Source of the DNA: Octopus sinensis
Lineage: Eukaryota
DNA length: 64,000 nt
Assembly: GCF_006345805.1 (NCBI RefSeq)
Contig: NC_043011.1
Location: forward strand, 44,094,464-44,158,463
Direction of reading: 5' to 3'
The notes under the pieces were generated by a model. That model was given only the letters and a program-made list of their open reading frames with translations, did not search any database and was not told where the DNA came from. Both the position numbers and the translations under genes were made by a program. Positions within the stretch are counted from its first letter, which is position 1. The number at the start of each line of letters is the position of its first letter. Below are positions 37,668 through 49,302 of the stretch, piece by piece.

Positions 37668-38049
37668 GTTCTTCTATGATTCTCTCTATATTTTGTACTG
37701 TGTGTATATGGTACTGTCTGTGTATGGTACTGCTTATATGTGGTACATGGAGACACATGGCCTTGTGGTTAGAGCAGCGGACTCGCTGTCAAGGGATTGC
37801 GGGTTCAAATCTCAGACCGGGTGATGTGTGTGTTTATGAGCGAAATACCTAAGCTCCACGCGGCTCCGGCAGAAGGTAATGGCGAACTTCTGCTGACTCT
37901 TTCACCACAAATTTCTCTTACTCTTTTCTCCTGCATCTAGCAGCTCACTTGCGATGGACCGGCGTCCCATCCAGGTGGTGAACCTATACACCAAGGAAAC
38001 CGAGAAACTGGCCCTTATGAGCCAGGCATGGCTCGAGAAGGAACAAATA

Positions 38050-38345
38050 TATATGTGGTACTGTTTATATGTGGTACTGTCTGTATATAGTACTTTCTAC
38101 ATATGGTACTGTCTGTATACTGTTATGCCTCTTTATAGTACTATCTATATGTGGTACTGTCTATATTGTAGTGTCTCTGTTGTGCTCTCTCTATTCAGTA
38201 CTGTCTATTTTGTAATGTCTTTTTATTGTACTGTTTACATATGATACTGTCTGTATACTGTACTATCTCTAGATGGTGCTTTCTATATATGGTAGTCTAT
38301 ATGGTACTGTTTGAATATAGCTCCATCTGTTTTATGGTTCTATAT
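38050..38345. repeat. Degenerate about 20-bp tandem repeat (tatatggtactgtctgta); continues 37690-37745, split by a SINE
   Basis: Repeated atatggtactgt motif on both sides of the SINE. Confidence 0.7.
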
Positions 38346-39089
38346 ACTACTTCTTCCCTCCAAACATGGGTTCTGTAGTGCCAAAAAGACAAGTGAGTGT
38401 CTGACATTGGAAGGGACTTGTCTGCTGTAAGAGACTTTAGTAAAGTCCTGCTCGCTTGTATCTGATAGGTGAGGAAGGTGTTTATTATACAGTATCCTAC
38501 CTGTTGTGCTACGTGCCCATAGTTAAAGCACTGCTATAACTAGGGGCACATAACAGATATACTCTTTTACTCTTTTACTTGTTTCAGTCATTTGACTGTG
38601 ACCATGCTGGAGCACCACCTTTAGTTGAGCAAATCGACCCCAGGACTTATTCTCTGTAAGCCTAGTACTTATTCTATCAGTTTCTTTTGCTAAACCGCTA
38701 ATTTAGAGGGATGTAAACACACCAGCATCGGTTGTCAAGCGATGTTGGGGGGACAAACACACACACACACACACACATATATACACGACAGGCTTCTTTC
38801 AGTTTTCATTTACCAAATCCACTCAAATTTATTTCCAATATTCTGCAAAAATATTACTGGTCGTGAGGAAATATCACCTTCCTTCGAAACTGGTGAGGAT
38901 TGGCAACAGGGAGGGCACCCAGACATGGAAAATATGCCCCAGACCATAAGACTTACAGGTAGCCTTCAACTATTTCTATCCAAAAGGGTTTTTAACCCAA
39001 TAATTATATGCTATTCTTAATAGCTTTATCCACATGAGTTCTGCTCTTAAAAACGAATTACATTATTTATATATCTGTTTTACTCTCAG

Positions 39090-39184
39090 AGTTGTATTCC
39101 AAGCTCCATTTGAAAGAAACTATCACATATTCTACCAATTATGTGCGTCTGCCTCCCTCAAAGAAATTCAACCATTTAAACTAG
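39090..39184 (+). CDS. Myo5: Myosin V exon [20 protein letters not shown]...PFKL
   Basis: actctcag acceptor, gtgagt donor, phase 2 to 1. Confidence 0.94.
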
Positions 39185-39836
39185 GTGAGTATTTGTCTAG
39201 CCTACTTTTTGTTTCCTATAAAGCAGTGTGTGTTACCCTTTGCCTGTCCTGTCTATCACTTGTGGTATGCAGGACATACCATATTTTCCAGCATACAAAT
39301 CGGTGTAGTATATAGTGTAAACATTCAAACAGTACTGTTTTCTTTCTAAATCCTGTTACACTTCACATGGAATTTTTGGTCCTCCAATATCATTTTGGTG
39401 TATAAGTCAACCTGCCGTTTTTGGTTGTATTCTTTGGTCTGAAAAATTTGGCTTGTATGTTGTATGCCAGAAAATATACTATTGCCTTGGCCTCCATGCA
39501 TTATCTATGATATGTATTCCCAATTTTTTTAACCACCAGAATAACTTAGGACTTATGAAAGGAAGGCTTAAACCTTTCGTTACCGTTTTTATTTTGAGAT
39601 GTTCTGTGTTTTGTTCAATTAATTTTAAATATAACAAAGGATTTAGTAAAATAACTTAGTTGTCATTGAACTGGTGTTAGGAACGTAAATTGTGACTAAG
39701 GTTTGGTGGGAGACTTTAATTCAAAACTTATGCAAACAAGACATTTGTACTACAGAGCCAAAGCTGGTTTCAGCCGGGCTGGTATTGAAAGGGTTAATAT
39801 TACTTAAAGCATATGAAACAAAGGATGATGATAATG

Positions 39837-39867
<31 letters not shown>

Positions 39868-40084
39868 TAAATCATATATAGATATTATTCTTTAACGTCC
39901 ATTTTCCATGCTGGCATGAGTTGGCCAGTTTGAGCAGAAATGGCAAGCTGGAGAGCTGTACCAGGTTCCATTCTGATTTGGCTTGGTTTCTAAGGCTGGA
40001 TGCCCTTCCTAACACCAGTGTGTGCTGGGTGGTTTTTATGTGACACTGGTATATATATATGTTTTAGATTATATATATACCAAT

Positions 40085-40290
40085 ATATATAAGGTCTTCA
40101 AATCTAAAGGTGGCCTCAAAAGATATTTTAAGATCCACAAAGATGAGACCTTATCTGATCCAAATCGGATATGCAATTTAAGTAGGTGTCTTTTCAAAAC
40201 ATTATCTGGTTTAAAAAGCCACATGAGATGCCATGAGAGATCTAAGGTGTAAGTACAAGAGGTGGTCACACTGCACGTGTGTTGAGTATA
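40085..40290 (+). mobile_element. LINE (RTE-like) 3' remnant with two decayed C2H2-like fingers
   Basis: FKSKGGLKRYFKIH and CNLSRCLFKTLSGLKSHMRCH* with no splice or start context. Confidence 0.45.
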
Positions 40291-40677
40291 TTACTGGTAT
40301 TTGCTTTGTTGATATGTCAATGTTAGCACATCTAAATGAAGATTGATTTAATAAGTCCTGATTCAGATTCTAATTAAAATTAAGTAATTAATATAGCCAT
40401 CTATGTATCATAAGAGATTGTGTTTTTAACACAGCAAGTCTATAAGGGATATCATCTCAGTACAAATACCACAGTTTCTGGCCTATCAACGATGTATATA
40501 CATTGAGTATGATGCACAAGTGACTATTTTTATTTAATGTTGCTTCAGTTGCATATATTGAATTTTTAAGTAAATTAATCTATCACAGTATAATTGGTTT
40601 CCTTCCTTCTCTTGCCAAAATGAAAGCTAAAGCTGTCTGTAAGTTATGTTAAAGGGAAATATTTGTGTATTTTTCAG

Positions 40678-40785
40678 CTCACCAAGACAAGTTCAACTTC
40701 ACAAACCTAGGAGAAAGTCCTGACATCAAAGATGTAAATGATGCAGAAATGTTCATGAAAACCAGATCAGCTTTTGCTGAACTTG
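40678..40785 (+). CDS. Myo5: Myosin V exon HQDKFNFTNLGESPDI...SAFAEL
   Basis: tttttcag acceptor, gtatgt donor, phase 1 to 1. Confidence 0.9.
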
Positions 40786-40883
40786 GTATGTTTCACCATC
40801 TTAGCGTTGTTGTCATCATTATTGTCATAATCGTCGGCGGCGGCGTCATCATCATCATCATCATCTTCTTCTTCTTCTTCTCC

Positions 40884-40925
<42 letters not shown>

Positions 40926-40926
<1 letters not shown>

Positions 40927-41485
40927 GAGTGAGAGAGCAGTACATGCCATCAAAGTGACACTGGGGTACAAATATACGAAATCCAGTATACCCATCATGA
41001 CTACCCGTCTGATAAGGGTACACCAGGCACATGCATCACAACCATATGTGCGCGACATGGTGATCTCATATCAAGATAAACAGCGGATGACCTTGCAGGT
41101 GGGGCCCAGTTAGAATTTTCTTGTGGTTGAGTAACCCATCCCGCTCAAAAGGTCCCTGAATAAGGGTTGTTTAAGGATGTCGAACGAAACACCTATGTTT
41201 CCAGAGGTGAATTATTCAAACCCCAAAGAATCCCTCTCAACACATGGGTATGATGCTCCCCCATTACTTCTGCTCATGATCAGAGATGCACATGTCGTCA
41301 GCCACTAAGGGACATGCTCAACTGGTTAAGGTCAAGCAACTGACAAGCAAATCTGTGGTACTGAGCAGAATATTTGCTGTAGCCCATCTTTTATACCAAG
41401 ACAAAACAATGTACATGATAACACTTCCAATCAGTTGAGATCAGAAGCCATGAGAGCCACTACCTGGTACTGCATCAGGGCATTT
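40926..41485 (-). mobile_element. About 560-bp non-coding element inserted in (AAT)n, second copy
   Basis: Same ends as 34890-35450, opposite orientation. Confidence 0.75.
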
Positions 41486-42214
41486 ATTATTATTATTATT
41501 ATTAATCATTTGTAGCATCATTATTTTCATCATTGCCATCATTTCTGTTTTGACTGATGTAACCACCATCTCTCCTATCACCACCCTCTCCATCACTACC
41601 ATGACGACCATTCCCACTGCCTTCATTGATGCACTTATCACTATCAGCATTAGCATCATCATCACCGTCTTCAGCACTTTCACCACAGCCATCATCACTA
41701 CCAACAAAGTGTGTCTATGTGGTTACTTAACCATCCCAAAATAGCAGCCAAAATCTTACTACAGTGTTTAAAAAAAAAGGGAAGGGTACATGGGATATAA
41801 GAAAGGATGGGATAGTCGTGGCTGGAACACTTTTGATCATAAGCTTACTTAAGAAGTGCTGACTTTGAACTAAAGTACAATAACACTACCTGTCATCACT
41901 ACCATCACCACTACCACCACCACTACCACCATGACTAAAACCACCACCACCATTGCCACTACCAACATCATCACCAACAACAACAACATCACTATCATTG
42001 CTACCACCACCACCAACATCACCATCATTTTCACCACCACCATCATCACCTCTTCTCACATTAAATGTCAACGTCAGCAAATCTGAATGAAGACCGACTT
42101 CATTAATCCTGATTTAGATGCTAATTAGAATTAAGTAATTAATGTAATACAACGTAATAAGTTTTCTTCCATTTTCTGATGGTGATTAAATGAGTTGGAG
42201 AGATCAGAAATTGT

Positions 42215-43160
42215 CTTGGTCAGACACACTGTCCTCATAGCCAGGATCTGCATCAATAGGCTCTGGGGACATTCTGTCCACATAACCTAGATTAGGGTTA
42301 ACAATACAGAGTATGGGAATACTATCCAGAAAACCAGGGTGTACATATATATATATAGACCATAGAGCACACTGTTCACATAGCCAGGGTCTATATCAAC
42401 AGATTCTGGGCACATTCAGTTCACATGGCCGAGATTAGGGTTAACAATACAGACTGTGGTGAAACTCCACAAAATTAGGGTCTGCTTATATAGACTGTGG
42501 GGACACACTGTTCACATAGCCAGGGTCTATATCAACAGATTCTGGACACATTCAGTCCATATGGCTGAGATTAGGGTTAAGAATACTGACTGTGGGGAAA
42601 CTCCACAAAATTAGGGTCTGCTTATATAGACTGTGGAGACACACTGTTCACATAGCCAGGGTCTATATCAACAGATTCTGGGGACATTCTGTCCACATAA
42701 CCTAGATTAGGGTTAGCAGTATAGATTATGGGAACACTGTCCACAAAGCCAAGATCTGACTGTGGGGACACACTGTTCACATAGCCAGGGACTACATCAA
42801 CAAATTCTGGGGATATTCTGTCAACATAGCCTAGGTTAGGGTTAACAATAGAAACTGTAGGGACACTGTCCACAAAGCCAGGATGTACGTATATACAGAC
42901 TGTAGGAACAAACTGTCCACAAAACCAGGTACAGAATCGGTTGGTGGGGACACTGTTCACATTGCCAGGGTCCACATCTACAGTACAGGCTCTGAGCACA
43001 AACTGTCTACAAAACCAAGGTGTACATCTAGAGTACAGATTTCAGGGACACACTGTCCACCTTGTGAAAGTGTGCATTTTTCGGACTCTGGGGACACAGT
43101 CTCCACATATCCAGAGTCTACAGTAACAGATTCTGTAGATAGTGTGTTCATATAGCCTGG
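42215..43160. repeat. Higher-order minisatellite (about 36-48-bp subunits, about 130-136-bp period)
   Basis: ctgt(t/c)caca(t/a)agccagg subunits; ttagggtctgcttatataga at 42475 and 42611. Confidence 0.85.
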
Positions 43161-43586
43161 GTCTCTTGCTTTTTAAGTTTGGTATTTATTCTATTTATTG
43201 GTTTCTTTTTGCTGCTATGAGAACATAAACAAACCAACACAGGTTGTCCAGCAGAGGATACAAACACAACCACTAACACATGCACACACTTATATATATA
43301 TATATATATATATATAAATTACACACATACAGCTCACTTCCATAGTTTCCATCTACCAAATTCACTTACATAGCACTGGTTGGCCTGGGGCTATAAAGGA
43401 AGATCAAGGTACCATGCAGTGGGATTGAACCTGAAACCACATTGTTGCAAAGTGAGCTTCTTCATCACCCAGTCATGACTACTGTGTATGTATAATAAAT
43501 CATTAAGTGCATGATATATATGTGTTTGTTTGTGTGTGTGTATGTATGTGTCTCACTATCTCTCCTTGTTTTTTGTCTCTCTCTAG

Positions 43587-43699
43587 GAATTCCTGAAGAT
43601 GAACAAATGAAGATGTACAGTGTTGTGGCATCAATTCTTCACCTTGGCAACATTGTGTTTGTTTCTGGGGATGACGACAGTCAGAGTTCTGTGTCAAAG
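43587..43699 (+). CDS. Myo5: Myosin V exon IPEDEQMK...SILHLGNIVF...SVSK
   Basis: ctctctag acceptor, gtcagt donor, phase 1 to 0. Confidence 0.92.
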
Positions 43700-44199
43700 G
43701 TCAGTTTCACCAACATGCATCCCCTCCTAACACACACTTTCCACCACTACCCCACACCACACCACACCACATCACACTGTTCACTGGACTCTTCTTCCTC
43801 TGGCTCAGAAAATATTCCATCCCCACCCCCACTCCCAAAAACAATCATTATCCTCTATAAAACACAAATAAGGCTTGCAATGGATTAACGAGGTGCTCTT
43901 GCAGCTTATCACCACCATTTCTACCTTCTTTCCAACTGCTTCCATCCACCCTTTTACAATGCAGGGTAACCTTATATTTCCTCTACAGCAAGGCATTTGT
44001 GGTCCTCCCACTGTGGCCAGAAAATATTCCATTCCCACCCAAACCCTCAAAAATACAAACACTTGTCCTCTATTGAACACAAATGACACTTGCAATGGAT
44101 TTCTGAGGTGCTCTGACATTTCGTCACGGCCATTTCTACCTTCCTTCCAACTATGTCCACCCTTCCTTATATAATGTAGGGTAACCATGTATTTCCTCT

Positions 44200-44488
44200 T
44201 GTGGTTCTCAAAGTAGGCAGTACAGCCGACTTGGGGGTGGTAGAAAGATCCAGTGGGTGGCATTGAAGAAAAGTGGGATGATAATGGGGTGGCCAGATTG
44301 GGGTAATAGATGGAAAAAATGTATATTTATAGGTTTATTAGCTTTAAGTTTTATTTGTGAAATACAGTTGTTTTGAATTTGCTGCAGAAAGTGGCCTGTA
44401 TTTGTGGTGGGGAGGGTTAGTAGGGAGTGCTAGGAATGTGGCCTAGGTGCCAAGGGGGTAGCAGTCTGAAAAAGTTTGGGAACCACCG
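44200..44488. mobile_element. hAT (Charlie-like) MITE
   Basis: gtggttctcaaa...tttgggaaccac ends. Confidence 0.5.
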
Positions 44489-46686
44489 CTCTACAGCAAG
44501 GCACTCGTGATCATCCCTCTGTCATCTGTAACCTCTCAATGCCTACCATAAAAGTACTGCTTCCTCGACTCAAATACTTCCTCCACCATTTAATCAAGGA
44601 AACTTCCTTCCATTTTCCTCTTTCCTGTTCTTTTGTCATCTTGCAAAGTTATTTGGTCACCTCACAAGTGCTGCTAGCACGCAGTAAAGTGGTTGGTGTT
44701 AAGAAGAATATCCATCTGTAGAAACCATGACAGAGGTGACCCTGGAGCTCACTGTGACCCTTGGGCTCACTGGATCTTGTCAAACTGTCCAACCCTTACC
44801 AGCATGGGTTGGATGGTTTGACATGAGATAGCCAGGTGCAAGACTACACCAGGCTACTGTGTCTGTTTTGGCATGGTTTTTATGGCTGGGTGCCCTTCCT
44901 AATGCCAACCACTTTGCAGAGTGGACTGAATGCTTTCTACATGGCATCAGCACAGGCGAGGTCAAGTTTGGCATGATTTTTACAGATGAATGCCTTTCCA
45001 AATACCAACCACTTTACAGTGTGGACTGGATGCTTTTTTATGTGATAATGATGATAATGTGTAACATCAGCATTCTACCAGATATTCCTACAACTCTTAG
45101 AACAGATACCTTAGAATGCATCTAAAGGAGGGCCACCTTGGTCGGTTCACATGATATCACTCTGTCTATTCTACCACTAGTATAGTAGCCACTGGTCGTC
45201 TCAGCTAGTTACTGTTGTATCACTTATTCTCTTCCTCTTCCCCAGATTGAATCCCCACCACACACACACAGACTAAGCACTCCACCTTCTCCTTCCTCCC
45301 CACTGCATATTCCCTCTATAATTCCCTTGCCTCTACACATTCTACTTTTGGCCATAAATCGCACCACACTGCAATGCTTTATCATACCATTCCACAGATG
45401 CACACTTACATATGGACATACAACTACCCACCCCACTCTCTCTCTCTCTCCATATATAAACCTTGGTCAAAGGCAGAATTGACATTTGGTACTTGGTTTT
45501 GTCCCTTCACATCCTGGTTAAAGTAAAAAGTAAAGTTACCTTCTTGAGTCCTACCGACTCAGAAGGACCGGTTTCCATGGCGTACAAAATTCTCCACCTG
45601 GGCAGGACACCAATCCATCGCAAGGTCATTCATTTTTGCCAGCTGTGTAGACTAAAGCAACGTGAAATGAAGTGTTTTGCTCAAGAACACAATGCATCAT
45701 TGGTCCAGGAATTGAAACCACAATCTTATTATTATGAATCCAAAATCCTAACCACTAAGCCACGCACCTCCACTTTCACATCCTGGGTTCAAATCTTGTT
45801 AGAATCAATGTTTGTCTTCAAAAATAGGTCTCATACTAATCATGTACTGGGGGTTAATCAAAACTGAATATACCTTGTGTATCTATATATAGTGTATATA
45901 CCCTGTATGCCTTTATACACCCTCTATGTCTTTATGTATCCTGTACATCTTATATACACCCTGTATATCTTCATATATCGTGTACAACTTTATTTACCCT
46001 TAATGTCTTTACATGCCCTATGTATCTTTTACCTTGTGTGTCTTCATATATCCTGTCCATCTTTATATGCCCTGTATTTTTTTATATACCCTGTATGCCT
46101 TTATTAGTTTTGGGTAACTACAGCCAGTAGTGGGATCCTGGTTCAGGAGTTACTGGGTGTTGAGGAATGTGGGACCACCTTTGGACCACTATTTTTTTTT
46201 GCAGATCTACTCTTATTAGAAGCAGTCGTACATGTTAGGGTCCCCGCTTTTGGTTAATGAGCAAGTTAGTCAAGCAGATGGAGCTCATTAGTCTAGTGGA
46301 GAGGAGCAGTTCATTTTGGGAAAGGAAAAAGCATTGATTTCCAACCTCTGCTGCTTTGTAGTTATGGGAAGAGCTTCAGGAATAAACCCTGAAGGGGAAA
46401 TTTGGAGTTAGAGCTCCTGACCTGAAGCAGTTTGGCATTGTCTACAACCTTGTTCTGGTAACTCCTGTGATGACACTGGTGCCAAATTGTAACAGCTGTT
46501 CTGCTAACTGGATATGTGCAACAACCTGTGACTGTAGTACCTTTTCATAGCTAGTATTGGACACAACATAGTGCCAATGATGGGATTTGAACTACCTGGC
46601 TGGTTATCTTTTTCACTAACCACCCATGTTAGTTGATCTATACCATATCTCCACAGCTACTCCATTCATTCTTCACAATTATTATG

Positions 46687-46724
<38 letters not shown>

Positions 46725-46952
46725 GGTGGCAAAAGGCAGCAAGTTGGCACAATTGTTGGCATGCTGAGCACATTGCTTAGCGGTGTTTTCTCCGTCTTTA
46801 TGTTCTGGGTTCAAATTCCGCCAAGGTTGATTTTGCCATTCAGGGTCAATAAATTAAGTTCCAGTGAAACACTGGGGTCAATGTAATCGACTAGCCTCTC
46901 CCACCAAATTTGAGGCTCCATGCCTCCAGCAGAAAGGATTATTATTATTATT

Positions 46953-47427
46953 ACAGTAGTTTTATTTTTATAACGTGCTTTCACTTCACTACCGAGTGCA
47001 GCTCTGTGTGCCTTGGGTATGTGCTGTATTTGTTGTGATGCTCTTTTGGTTACTGTATTGAAAGTGTTTTACGTAGGATGTGTGCAGTGCCCAGTAGTGC
47101 TATTTTCTGTATGTTGTATATATATTTGTAAGTCCTGATGTTTTTGTTATGTATTTGTCTGAATATTTTTTTATCATACCTAATGCATCCACTATGATAG
47201 GAATTGTTTCTGTTTTTAGACTCCACATTCAAGTTACCTTTGTATTTTGAAAGTTTCTCCATTTCTTTTAGAGAAACGTTGTCATCTGCTGGTATTGATA
47301 CATTAATTAGAAAGTAATTTTTTCTTCATGATCTCTGACAACTATATCTGGCCTGTTGGCCTTAATTTCTCTATTTGTGTGTATTGGCATATCCCAGAGT
47401 ATGGTTGCTTTCTCGTTTTCTGTGACC

Positions 47428-47432
<5 letters not shown>
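46953..47432 (-). mobile_element. R4/Dong-like LINE 3' fragment (restriction-like endonuclease region) between (TTA)n tracts
   Basis: ILWDMPIHTNREIKANRPDIVV...EKLSKYK...QKIALLGTAHILRKTL*. Confidence 0.8.
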
Positions 47433-47471
<39 letters not shown>

Positions 47472-47475
47472 TTAG

Positions 47476-47604
47476 AAAACCCCCCACTTTGGTATTGTCT
47501 GTGAGTTACTTGGATTGAATGCTGAAGAAATGGCATTTTGGCTGTGCAACAGACAGATCGCCTCCGCCTCTGAACGGATCATGAAACCAATGTCCAAGAA
47601 AGAG
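47476..47604 (+). CDS. Myo5: Myosin V exon KTPHFGIVCELLG...WLCNRQI...KPMSKKE
   Basis: (tta)n-tttag acceptor, gtaaga donor, 129 nt, phase 0 to 0; not in the ORF track. Confidence 0.9.
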
Positions 47605-47873
47605 GTAAGACAGCTCAACACTTCCAAAATATTTCATAACATTTCGATTAATAATTTCTTTCTCTGACTTTGTATATGAATATATATACACACACACACA
47701 CACACATGCTGATAGACAGACAGACAACAGTGACTTCAAAGTTTTGACCTGTTAACTTTCAAAGTCTGAAACATTGAAGTCACTGTCACACCACTTCTTA
47801 TAAAAGTTCAACGCACATGTATACTCTACTAAAAAGTACTAATAGGGATAATAGGGGGAAAAAAACCCCCATT

Positions 47874-47875
<2 letters not shown>

Positions 47876-47904
<29 letters not shown>

Positions 47905-48600
47905 ATTTTTTGGCTCAAAAACAAAAAGCAAGGCCATGTAGGGGGACATGGAGTTAAGTACAGGGTGGTGTTCATGTAAAGAGTTCAGGCCACTTGAGGT
48001 CAAGGGAGACTTTGAATAAAGCAGTCGTCGGCATTTTCACCATCTCGTCTGGCAGCTTGTTCCACGGATCCGCAACCCGGATGGAGAAAGCTCCTCTCCT
48101 TCAATTGAGATGAAATCGTCGCAGGTAGAGCTTTTCGGAATGACCCCACAGCCAACGCTCTGGAGCAGGAGTGAAGAACAGCTCTTTCGAGAGGTTACAC
48201 TTTCTGCTTATGATGTTGTGAGCGAGAATGAGATCACCACGGCGGCGGCGTTTTTCTAGAGAATAAAGGTCGAGCGTCTTCAGCCTTTCTTCATAGGACA
48301 AATTCTTGAGACCATGAACCATGCAGGTAGCCAGCTTCTGGACTCTTTCGAGATGCTGTATGTCTTTGAGGAGATTAGGAGAAGGGGCTTGAATCCCGTA
48401 CTCCAATATGGGTCTCACCAGCATGACATAGAGCGGTAGGAATATGGCTGCTGTGAGCATTCCGAATGACCGTCGAATCAAGAACAGAATTCCGCGTGCT
48501 CTGTTGGCAGCATGGACGCACTGGGCCGAAGGCGAAAAGGAGGAATCCACCAAGATACCCAGGTCCTTTACCTGATTGGTCCTTAGTTGAACTATTGCAG
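47876..48600 (-). mobile_element. 5'-truncated CR1-clade LINE (RT C-terminus, 3' UTR and (TAAC)n tail)
   Basis: VKDLGILVD...LVRPILEY...LERVQ...LSYEERL..L.LYSLEKRRRRGDLI; (gtta)n at 47876-47905. Confidence 0.85.
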
Positions 48601-49168
48601 TGTGGAAGACACATTCCTAGCCATTCAACCTGATAAATTTACCTGATAAATTAAGTACCAGTTGCGTACTGGGGTCGATCTAATCGACTGGCCCTTAAAA
48701 TTTCAGGCCTTGTGCCTAGAGTAGAAAAGAATATCATTCACAAAATAAAATTCACATAATCAAACACAAAGGCACAAAGACTGTTAATTTCACATCAAGT
48801 TTGTTATTAGGTGTCAAAATTTTCATCACACAAATTGTGGCCTGGTCACTAATGTTAGAATCCAGGAGACATTTTGTGCAATGAAAATTTTGTCAGCCTT
48901 AGATGAAGATAACAGTCTTTGTGTGTTTTAGAATGGCTAGGACGTGTCTTCCATACCACAATCATTTTAGTTTCAAAACATGGTCTCAGATGAAATTACT
49001 CGCCTGGTAAATCCACCGCAAAAACTTTACTTGAAAAATATTTAAAAAATCTTTTTTGTTTTAGATGTTTTTGTTCTTGTTGAGTAGTGTTTTTTTTTTG
49101 TTTTTGAATTAGTTTTTGTGTATAATATATTATTCTTGTTCACTCATGATGTTTCATTGTGATTGCAG

Positions 49169-49302
49169 GCCGGGTATGGTAGAGATGCTCTCGCTAAATT
49201 CATTTACGCGCGGGTCTTTGACTGGATTGTAGCCAAAATTAATCGGAATCTCCTGACACATGAAGACACCCAAAACTTCATTGGAGTGCTCGATATCTAC
49301 GG
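49169..49302 (+). CDS. Myo5: Myosin V exon [13 protein letters not shown]...FIGVLDIY(G)
   Basis: gattgcag acceptor, gtttgt donor, phase 0 to 2. Confidence 0.94.

Noticed and set aside
41455-41490. HDV-like ribozyme at the 5' end of the 560-bp (AAT)n element
   Set aside because: A P3/L3-like stem exists but P1, P1.1 and P4 could not be built.
42280-42850. Interstitial telomere from TTAGGG hits
   Set aside because: Single hexamers embedded in satellite subunits, not tandem TTAGGG arrays.
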